A stretch of 25,313 nucleotides of DNA from a virus (Duplodnaviria; Caudoviricetes). The notes below the pieces were generated by a model, which saw only the letters and a program-made list of their open reading frames with translations, searched no databases and was not told the origin of the DNA. Shown here one piece after another: positions 19,373 through 25,313 of this stretch; positions within the stretch are counted from its first letter, which is position 1, and the number at the start of each line of letters is the position of its first letter. The stretch lies in the IMG/VR virus record IMGVR_UViG_3300025751_000131, positions 1 to 25,313 of that record; one strand, given 5' to 3'. The position numbers and the translations under genes were made by a program.

Positions 19373-21277
19373 TTATCTTCTTACTAGGTCTCCATTAAAA
19401 TAGCTTGATGTGAAAATGTAATTTGAACCTGAGGAATCCGAACCAGATTCTATATTGTCAGGAATCATTCTTATCTCAGCTCTATTACTATCTAGTTGTA
19501 AATAAAGATCTTGTAAACCAATAATATCATTTGATTTTGGTATTGCTGAAATCTCTATTATTGGAGTTCCTCCTGAAAGTTTTTCTGTTGAAATTATATT
19601 AAGAGCAAACGTTCTTATCTCACCTTTTATATAATTTATTGTGCCAACATTTTCTATGAGTATTGTGGGTTCAGAATCTGAATCTAATGTAAACAAAACT
19701 AAAGTGCCAGTAGTTAAATCATTATTAGGAGAGTCGCCAAAATAAACTGGCTGTTCTACACCAGAAATAGTAAAACCGGACGATTTAATATTATATCCAT
19801 CAGAATCTGCAAAAAATCTATTCCCAAAGCATATTTCATATTCTGCAAGTTGATTTGGGAATATCTTTAAGTCTCTCCTCATTTGAACTTTTGTAATATT
19901 GGAGGTTACTGATGGGTCAGAGTTATCAATTATATTTTGATATCTACTATACTTAAATCTGGCACCATACTTATTAATCTCACTGGATCTTGAATAGTTA
20001 AAAATATTTTGAAGAATTTGTGTTCCTACGGTTTGAGGAGAAGATGTCAAGTTTTGATTGTAATATACGCTAGAGAAAGTTTCAAGATAAAGAATTTTTG
20101 CATCTAAAATTTCTGGAACTATTCCTGCTACACTATATTTTTTTAATTCTTCCTTTATATTGTCTTTAACCGCGTTTGAAACAAAAGTTCCAAATGTTGG
20201 TTTTATTGTTATAAAAACTTTACCAAACTGTGGAGGGTCTAAGTCTTCTCCACCAAATACGTTTACAGATTCTGCTTCTGGATAGATTTTAGGAACAATT
20301 ACTTCATAGTCAGATGAAGTAACTGCACGATTTTGTGCAGAGTAAAGTCTTGGTGCAAAGTTTTTTATTGAAGATACAGATTCTACCTCCGAACCTCCAG
20401 TAGAACTTGATTCTGTCGCTATAATAGATATTCCGCTTCTAATCAAATTGGAACTTCCATCTACAATTCTTCCCGAGAATGTAAATGAGGTAAACCCATT
20501 ACCTTCTTCGCCATTAGTTACAAGATAAGAAGCTTCGATAAAGTTGTCGTTTTCTAGTTTTGTTCCAATTACACCATCCCCAAAAATTAACTCATAACTT
20601 TGGTTTTGGACTTCTTGAATAAAGTAAACTTTTGAATTTGAGTTTACTTGTAAAATATTTGGAGCATTTATAAACTTTCTAGATGAAGTACTCCTCTGAG
20701 AGTCTCTTACACTGACTCTTAGAGTAGAAGTATCAATATTTGGGTTATCTAAAATATATTTTTGATTTGGATTATTTGAACTTACAGTAAAAGTATTTTT
20801 TGTATAAGTTCCTTCGTAGATTTGAATTGAGTCAAATATTGCAATATTATTTACTACAGGAACGGTAATATCATCCAAAATGGAAAATACAAAATTATTT
20901 GAACCAAAAGAAGATGTAGTACAAACCAAACCTTTTTGTAGAGTTAATGTAAGTGGTTTGTTTGCAAGGTTTTCGGTATTTACGAAAAAACTTATGGTTG
21001 CTTTTGCTGCAGTTCTTGACTTTGGAACATATCCAATATTTCTTGCAAGAGATACTACATTCTCTCTAAGAGTAGCACTATCAATAAAAACCTCATTGCT
21101 AACCATATTAGCATTATATGAGGCAAGGTATGTGTTATATGCTAAAGTATCAATAATTACTGATAGGTTAGATCCCTCAAAGTCATAGTCAGTAAAATTT
21201 GAGTTTGATCTCAAATAGTCTTTTATGCCCGTTTTAATCTGATCGAAATCTAGATTGGTGAAGTTTACTAGTGCCAT
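19373..21277 (-). CDS. gp6: Baseplate wedge subunit gp6
   Basis: 634 aa. LDFDQIK..IKDYLR...FTDYDFEGS, EVFIDSATLRENVVSLARNIGY, QNRAVT..DY. Start overlaps the gp25 stop (TAATG). Confidence 0.95.
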   Translation of the reverse strand: MALVNFTNLDFDQIKTGIKDYLRSNSNFTDYDFEGSNLSVIIDTLAYNTYLASYNANMVSNEVFIDSATLRENVVSLARNIGYVPKSRTAAKATISFFVNTENLANKPLTLTLQKGLVCTTSSFGSNNFVFSILDDITVPVVNNIAIFDSIQIYEGTYTKNTFTVSSNNPNQKYILDNPNIDTSTLRVSVRDSQRSTSSRKFINAPNILQVNSNSKVYFIQEVQNQSYELIFGDGVIGTKLENDNFIEASYLVTNGEEGNGFTSFTFSGRIVDGSSNLIRSGISIIATESSSTGGSEVESVSSIKNFAPRLYSAQNRAVTSSDYEVIVPKIYPEAESVNVFGGEDLDPPQFGKVFITIKPTFGTFVSNAVKDNIKEELKKYSVAGIVPEILDAKILYLETFSSVYYNQNLTSSPQTVGTQILQNIFNYSRSSEINKYGARFKYSRYQNIIDNSDPSVTSNITKVQMRRDLKIFPNQLAEYEICFGNRFFADSDGYNIKSSGFTISGVEQPVYFGDSPNNDLTTGTLVLFTLDSDSEPTILIENVGTINYIKGEIRTFALNIISTEKLSGGTPIIEISAIPKSNDIIGLQDLYLQLDSNRAEIRMIPDNIESGSDSSGSNYIFTSSYFNGDLVRR

Positions 21278-21678
21278 TATCGTGTCGGTAGTAATGCAAA
21301 TGATAACTGTTGAGGTAAAGCTTCAATTCCAATTATATTGTATATTATGGTAACGTCAAACTGGTTACTGTCAAAATCCGGTTCTACTTTAATTTTAACC
21401 AATTCAACTCTTGGCTCATAATTTTCTATAGTATTTTTGATTTCACCTTCAATTGCAAGAGCAGATATGGAATCAATATTTTCAAATAAACTTTGTGATA
21501 TCTTAGAACCAATATTTTGATTAAAAAACCTCTCACCAGGAACTGTATATACTAGATTTCTAATAGAGCGTGCTATTGCAGTTTCATTTTTTAGTGCAAT
21601 TAAGTCAAAAGTCAAAGGGTTAGCCTGAAATGTCAGACTAACATCCTTAAAACTCTTACTAACGCGCTCTAAAGGCAT
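21277..21678 (-). CDS. gp25: Baseplate wedge subunit gp25 (GPW/gp25 family)
   Basis: 133 aa. AI.RSIRNLV.T.PGERFF...GS and IENYEPRV signature. Immediately upstream of gp6. Confidence 0.93.
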   Translation of the reverse strand: MPLERVSKSFKDVSLTFQANPLTFDLIALKNETAIARSIRNLVYTVPGERFFNQNIGSKISQSLFENIDSISALAIEGEIKNTIENYEPRVELVKIKVEPDFDSNQFDVTIIYNIIGIEALPQQLSFALLPTR

Positions 21679-21699
21679 CTAAAACTAATAATTCTATCT

Positions 21700-21707
21700 T
21701 ATTTATC
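21700..21707 (-). promoter_or_regulatory. T4-type late promoter (GATAAATA)
   Basis: NATAAATA about 21 nt upstream of the gp25 ATG, the same spacing as before gp8. Confidence 0.65.
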
Positions 21708-21948
21708 ACCCAAAAATGGGTTCTGTTCCATATTCCCAGTCATCATAGTCATTATCATTGCGAATTTTTTCATGAATTTCTTTTTGAACAGAAAAATCAT
21801 GCTTTTTGGGTGTCATGTCATCATTATTAATCTCACGAAGCATCTTTTTTTCTGGTACTTTGGTCCAATAGTCAGTAATAAGACCACTTGTGCCCCACAT
21901 TTCTCTCATGTAACTTGAATCACGGTCTGGATTTGGGTGCATTGCCAT
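21706..21948 (-). CDS. Hypothetical phage protein (80 aa, acidic C-terminus)
   Basis: ORF with an AGGAGA Shine-Dalgarno site upstream of the ATG; co-oriented and tightly packed. Confidence 0.8.
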   Translation of the reverse strand: MAMHPNPDRDSSYMREMWGTSGLITDYWTKVPEKKMLREINNDDMTPKKHDFSVQKEIHEKIRNDNDYDDWEYGTEPIFG

Positions 21949-21982
21949 CTGTTTTCTCCTTTTTGGGGTTGAACAGAACTTT

Positions 21983-22600
21983 TTACGGGGTTTCTATCCC
22001 GGAGTCAATGTAAAATCCTTTTCTTAAGTAATCTTTATCCTCAACAAAGTGTAAATTATCGTATTCTACCTTATCATTTTCTTTCCAAACTGGTATTGCG
22101 ACTCTATTACCATATCTAAAGTCGGGATTTCTTCTAAAATGAACCTCTATAAGTCTATTTCCAATGAATTCGCAGTTGATCCACTCATAATCTCCAACCA
22201 ACTCTTCTAATATTTGCGGAAATTCCACTTCCTTGTCTATTATATACCACTTTTTCCACTTATAGTAAGGATCATTAACATTTCTTTCACCTTTGACAAC
22301 TAATTTTGCCTTTTTGTTCTGGTAATCAACACTTATGTGCTCACCTTCAAATATCTCACACCAGAATTCGGAAGGATGAAAGTGTTCAGTGTCCTTATCA
22401 ATCCACTCCTTACGCGAAAATCGCCCCATACCAAGTAAATTAATACTTGGTCGGACGATATAATACCCCGAATATGGAACAGGCACCCCTGTAGGTCCAC
22501 AGAGATGCCCTAGAAGACGATTTAAAATGAGTTTATTGTAAACCCATAAGTCTTTTGGATGTATTGAATTCCATTCTGTACAAGGTTCTAAATGGTACAT
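21983..22600 (-). CDS. Hypothetical protein with ATP-grasp-like motifs
   Basis: 205 aa. YIVRP..NLLGMG, FWCEIFEGEHISVD and INCEFIGNRLIEVHFR parallel ATP-grasp motifs (vvKP..g.gG; QEfi.G.eysvd; .lEvNpR). The fold assignment is inference. Confidence 0.7.
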   Translation of the reverse strand: MYHLEPCTEWNSIHPKDLWVYNKLILNRLLGHLCGPTGVPVPYSGYYIVRPSINLLGMGRFSRKEWIDKDTEHFHPSEFWCEIFEGEHISVDYQNKKAKLVVKGERNVNDPYYKWKKWYIIDKEVEFPQILEELVGDYEWINCEFIGNRLIEVHFRRNPDFRYGNRVAIPVWKENDKVEYDNLHFVEDKDYLRKGFYIDSGIETP

Positions 22601-22621
22601 CCAAAAGAAACTATTCTTTAT

Positions 22622-22753
22622 CTATTTACCTTGACCACGATACTTTTTCTTGCGTCCATTACGAGATGTTGCTGAAAGCAATGTGCGAGCAGAACGACCT
22701 TGGCGAGTCTTTTTAGGAGGCGCCGGAGTAAAAACAGTCTTATTAAGTGCCAT
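22622..22753 (-). CDS. Small basic protein, 43 aa (MALNKTVFTPAPPKKTRQGRSARTLLSATSRNGRKKKYRGQGK)
   Basis: Hand-translated; below the ORF-track length cutoff. GGAGA RBS upstream. Fills the gap between two genes exactly. Confidence 0.8.
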   Translation of the reverse strand: MALNKTVFTPAPPKKTRQGRSARTLLSATSRNGRKKKYRGQGK

Positions 22754-22768
22754 AAGTTAAATCTCCAA

Positions 22769-23539
22769 TCAAATTACACGAGTTTTTTCATGTCCAACAC
22801 GAATACGAGGATCGCACCAGATCTCAAATCCTTCTTCCTTTGCATCTAAACAGAAGGAAACATCCTCTCCACACATATCCTGAACTGCACCAGACTCAAA
22901 GACTTGCATCTTAGGTGCAAACCATGGATACTCAAGATTCTCAAAGACTCCTTTCTTAATCAATACCCAACCAAAACCAGTGTAGTCTACAGTAAAAGGC
23001 TTCTTACGCTTTGCCATGGTTTCAGTGGTCTCATGATTCATTACACCACCATTGTTACGGAAGTCATCCTCCTCCAACCAATGAGCAACTGAGGTCGTGC
23101 GCCCATCCTCTGTGGCGTACCACCCAGCTGTGATCTCACGTTCTGTGCCATCTTCAGAGAGTGCGAGATCGCAAAGTTGCCAAAACTTCTGAGCGTTGAA
23201 AACAATATCACTATCAATCCACAACTGATAGTCATACTCTAACTTGCCATCCCAAGGTTGTTGCTTCGGTCCTCTCAGAACATTTGCTCCAAGACACTTA
23301 CAACGTGCAAAGTTAACCATCGAAGAATAGTCCTGAGAAATCTGAATACTCATTCCATTCTGTACCATGTCAAAACATAGTTGTACAAAACTCTTCAGAA
23401 ATGTAAATGAACACCCACGACCAGGAAGACAAAATACAATACTCTTGCCCTTCATACGCTCCTTGATAGCGTCGTAGTCCCAATCCTCAGACTTTGTAAC
23501 CTCTGGTGGTTTCGCTTTTACAGTAAATCCTTTTGCCAT
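22769..23539 (-). CDS. Glycosyltransferase-like protein (GT-A fold, DxD motif)
   Basis: 256 aa. N-terminal IVFCLPG strand, ARC..L helix, YDYQLWIDSDIVF (DxD), TGFGWVLIKKGVF, GEDVSFC, and final VGHEK; a GT2-like motif order. Confidence 0.75.
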   Translation of the reverse strand: MAKGFTVKAKPPEVTKSEDWDYDAIKERMKGKSIVFCLPGRGCSFTFLKSFVQLCFDMVQNGMSIQISQDYSSMVNFARCKCLGANVLRGPKQQPWDGKLEYDYQLWIDSDIVFNAQKFWQLCDLALSEDGTEREITAGWYATEDGRTTSVAHWLEEDDFRNNGGVMNHETTETMAKRKKPFTVDYTGFGWVLIKKGVFENLEYPWFAPKMQVFESGAVQDMCGEDVSFCLDAKEEGFEIWCDPRIRVGHEKTRVI

Positions 23540-23575
23540 TTCTTTAATAAAACCTCAATGTCATTTTAGTCCCAA

Positions 23576-23583
23576 TATTTATA
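23576..23583 (-). promoter_or_regulatory. T4 late promoter (TATAAATA)
   Basis: Perfect consensus in the intergenic gap, 36 nt upstream of the glycosyltransferase-like ATG. Confidence 0.7.
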
Positions 23584-23587
23584 TCTG

Positions 23588-23779
23588 TCAATAAGAACTC
23601 TCATGTGTGAGCTCGGCGCTTCTTACTACCTTTTCATACTGTAAGTCCTTCTTACCAACCTCTGTGTATATCTCTACAAGATTATTGAGAGATTCCCATA
23701 CTACTTTAAACTCTTCTTCCTTTAATGAATGGTATATGCAACGATCCTTTGCATATATGTGATAAACATTTTCCGCCAT
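23588..23779 (-). CDS. Hypothetical phage protein (63 aa; alternative start 23815 gives 75 aa)
   Basis: MAENVYHIYAKDRCIYHSLKEEEF... The upstream ATG at 23815 overlaps the previous stop (ATGA), so the start is uncertain. Confidence 0.7.
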   Translation of the reverse strand: MAENVYHIYAKDRCIYHSLKEEEFKVVWESLNNLVEIYTEVGKKDLQYEKVVRSAELTHESSY

Positions 23780-23811
23780 AAAAAAATTTTCAGAATTTTT
23801 TTCTCTGAGTC

Positions 23812-23970
23812 TCATTTTGAAACTGAATTATATATCACAACTACGCAAACGCCCACTAGCATAAAAAACGGAAATCGGAATATCTCAAAGAATCTCCCCG
23901 GATATCGTATCAACCATCCCGCAAAGACTACCTTCCAGAAATTCCAATAAGGGTCACGGTGTCTTCTCAT
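23812..23970 (-). CDS. Small putative membrane protein, 52 aa (MRRHRDPYWNFWKVVFAGWLIRYPGRFFEIFRFPFFMLVGVCVVVIYNSVSK)
   Basis: Hand-translated; absent from the ORF track. Basic N-terminus, Trp/Phe-rich, C-terminal hydrophobic stretch; co-oriented with its neighbours. Confidence 0.65.
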   Translation of the reverse strand: MRRHRDPYWNFWKVVFAGWLIRYPGRFFEIFRFPFFMLVGVCVVVIYNSVSK

Positions 23971-24133
23971 AATACTCTCGGCGGGGTTCTCATGGTTTTT
24001 ACTCGGCGAAAAATTTTTTGATCCTTATAGTTCTCTCGCGTTTTGTCACCTCTGTAGGTTAGGGTAGTTTATGGTTTTTATACGGGCACGCCGGATTATA
24101 ACAATAAAAAATATATCGCATATACTGCTGATA

Positions 24134-24180
24134 CGAATAACGAATAAACTGCGATTACACGAATAAAGAATAACGAATAA
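24134..24180. repeat. Five (C/A)GAATAA heptamers
   Basis: cgaataa at 24134, 24141, 24160 and 24174; agaataa at 24167. Confidence 0.85.
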
Positions 24181-24207
24181 AGAAGGGGTGCTAAGTATAA
24201 GCACCCC
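24170..24207 (-). terminator. Probable rho-independent terminator ending the cassette cluster
   Basis: Minus strand GGGGTGCT-TATACTT-AGCACCCC (8-bp stem, 24185-24207) followed by TTCTTTATT; begins 9 nt after the stop at 24217. Confidence 0.7.
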
Positions 24208-24216
24208 GCACAACTA

Positions 24217-24441
24217 TCAGGCAGCAGCGATAGGCATAAGCACCTCAGATTTGATGCTGTTGTTCACAAACCGACCGACAGATTCGCCGCTCTCAATAAC
24301 CTTGCTCAAGGAAGTCACGAACTGTGCAACATCGTTGAGGGTGTAATCGTAGGAACGGTTACCCTTAAAGGTCAGAGTAGCGGTGTTGTCGTTGATAGCG
24401 ATGTTCTCGATAGCGGTGCTGTTGGAGATAGCGAATTGCAT
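24217..24441 (-). CDS. KTSC-domain-like small protein, paralog 1 (74 aa)
   Basis: Pattern S-T-A-I..I......L-T-F-K-G...Y-x-Y...V......L.....S-V-G-R-F-V-N..I resembles KTSC. ATG at 24441 preferred because it aligns with paralog 2. Confidence 0.65.
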   Translation of the reverse strand: MQFAISNSTAIENIAINDNTATLTFKGNRSYDYTLNDVAQFVTSLSKVIESGESVGRFVNNSIKSEVLMPIAAA

Positions 24442-24503
24442 GATCAAAAAAGTAAAGAATCAGTGTGGAGTTTTGGAGTCTTTAGGGCGCTGCCGTTCCC
24501 CTT

Positions 24504-24542
24504 ACACCTTAGTGGCAATCTCAAAGTGAGTAACTTTAATTG
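24504..24542 (-). promoter_or_regulatory. 39-bp repeated upstream element, copy 1 (putative early promoter)
   Basis: Minus strand CAATTAAAGTTACTCACTTTGAGATTGCCACTAAGGTGT, identical to copy 3, 62 nt upstream of the ATG at 24441. Repeat is seen directly; function is inferred. Confidence 0.7.
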
Positions 24543-24560
24543 TCACTCACTAAGTATAAC

Positions 24561-24872
24561 TCACCCGAATGCAACTTGCAGGGCGGAGCGATACGAACGA
24601 ACCTCCGAAATAGCGTCTTTCACGAACGGAATCACGACGGTTTGAGTATAAGGAATCGCGACATTACGAACCCAAGTTTTGACTGCGCGGAACGCAATCT
24701 TGGTGCGGGTGCTCATACGGTGCTCAACCCACTTCTCAGAGGCAAGAGTGTAGACAGCGGCGACAATCGCACAGACCATGACTACAGTATCCATAAAGGA
24801 ATTGTAGTGCTTTTTGTAATCGATGCCCATGAGGAAAGAGATGAGGGCAGTAGCGGGGGGGAAGGATTTCAT
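24561..24872 (-). CDS. Putative membrane protein (103 aa, MKSFPPATALISFLMG...)
   Basis: One hydrophobic segment (VVMVCAIVAAVYTLA). Start moved from 24983 to the ATG at 24872 because the longer version runs through repeat copy 2. Confidence 0.7.
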   Translation of the reverse strand: MKSFPPATALISFLMGIDYKKHYNSFMDTVVMVCAIVAAVYTLASEKWVEHRMSTRTKIAFRAVKTWVRNVAIPYTQTVVIPFVKDAISEVRSYRSALQVAFG

Positions 24873-24911
24873 GATAAAGAAAGAGTTTAGGTGGGGCGGT
24901 GAGCGCCCCTT

Positions 24912-24950
24912 ACACCTAAGAGGCAATCTCAAAGTGAGTAATTTTAATTG
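24912..24950 (-). promoter_or_regulatory. 39-bp repeated upstream element, copy 2
   Basis: 36/39 identical to copies 1 and 3; 39 nt upstream of the ATG at 24872. Confidence 0.7.
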
Positions 24951-24985
24951 GGAAGTCCTTAAGTATAAAGAACTCCCCCGCAATC

Positions 24986-25192
24986 TCAGACCGCTTGCAA
25001 CAACTGAGCGCGGATTGCAGAGTTCACAAACCGACCGACAGATTCACCCTCGGAGATGACATCGTTGAGGTCATTCTGGAAACCATCAACATCGTGGCAG
25101 GTGTAAGTGTAGTCACGATCACCCTTAAAGGTCACGGTGACCTTATCATCAGCGATGGCGATGTTGTTGATAGCGGAGGAAGTGATTTGCAT
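24986..25192 (-). CDS. KTSC-domain-like small protein, paralog 2 (68 aa)
   Basis: MQITSSAINNI...VTFKGDRDYTY...GESVGRFVNSAI; roughly half identical to paralog 1 by hand alignment. Confidence 0.65.
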   Translation of the reverse strand: MQITSSAINNIAIADDKVTVTFKGDRDYTYTCHDVDGFQNDLNDVISEGESVGRFVNSAIRAQLLQAV

Positions 25193-25238
25193 TTTAAAGA
25201 ATAAAGAATTGGGTTTTGGAGGGTTTTAGGTGACCCTC

Positions 25239-25277
25239 ACACCTTAGTGGCAATCTCAAAGTGAGTAACTTTAATTG
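25239..25277 (-). promoter_or_regulatory. 39-bp repeated upstream element, copy 3
   Basis: Identical to copy 1; 46 nt upstream of the ATG at 25192. Confidence 0.7.
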
Positions 25278-25313
25278 ATCGCCCCTTAAGTATCAGAAAT
25301 CGAACACTTCTGC

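Noticed and set aside
76-21188. Plus-strand ORFs in the track, including the poly-Pro ORF 113..307 and the Ala/Thr ORF 76..279
   Set aside because: They are antisense shadows of long minus-strand structural genes; the low-complexity ones simply mirror the Gly codon run.
23971-24216. tRNA gene in the non-coding gap
   Set aside because: No cloverleaf, T-loop GTTCRA motif or acceptor stem could be found on either strand.
24873-24983. N-terminal extension of the 140-aa ORF
   Set aside because: It starts at TTG and runs through the hairpin and repeat copy 2; the ATG at 24872 fits the cassette architecture.
24980-24988. Extra GCAATCTCA 9-mer matching the repeat core
   Set aside because: Too short and without flanking similarity; likely chance.
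24217-25192. Diversity-generating retroelement TR/VR pair (the two similar ORFs)
   Set aside because: Differences are not adenine-specific, both copies are intact genes, and no reverse transcriptase is in the window.
22904-25204. Short overlapping ORFs 22904..23092, 23041..23235, 23729..23950, 24436..24645, 24540..24890, 24823..25059, 24995..25204
   Set aside because: They overlap better-supported genes. The shared LHL.GNLKVSNFN peptide in two of them is just the 39-bp repeat translated.
24504-25277. CRISPR array (39-bp direct repeats)
   Set aside because: The intervening segments are 369 and 288 bp and each contains a gene; no cas genes are in the window.
24504-25277. Integron attC cassette array
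   Set aside because: No RYYYAAC...GTTRRRY ends or long imperfect palindrome common to all copies, no integrase in the window, and the repeat sits upstream of the ORFs like a promoter.

Overview
A fragment of a T4-like cyanomyovirus-type phage genome (lineage inferred from gene content and recognised sequence motifs). Every credible gene is on the minus strand. In transcription order (right to left) there are three zones. (1) A GC-richer, probably early region (~24.2-25.3 kb) built of one-gene cassettes, each preceded by a near-identical 39-bp element and followed by an ATACTTA motif. It holds two paralogous KTSC-like proteins and a membrane protein. (2) A ~245-bp non-coding boundary with heptamer repeats, then small genes: a GT-A glycosyltransferase-like protein, a 43-aa basic peptide and an ATP-grasp-like protein. 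(3) An AT-rich late baseplate operon with T4-type late promoters: gp25, gp6, a gp7-like giant protein apparently split in two by one in-frame TAA, gp8, and a >1917-aa DUF4815-type virion protein that is absent from the ORF track and runs off the left edge. That last protein carries a GC-rich, Gly13-linked 'GCVIAT' module. The most notable signals are the repeat-delimited cassette array with its conserved-loop hairpins and this foreign-looking module. All family assignments come from recognising motifs by eye; no searches were run.
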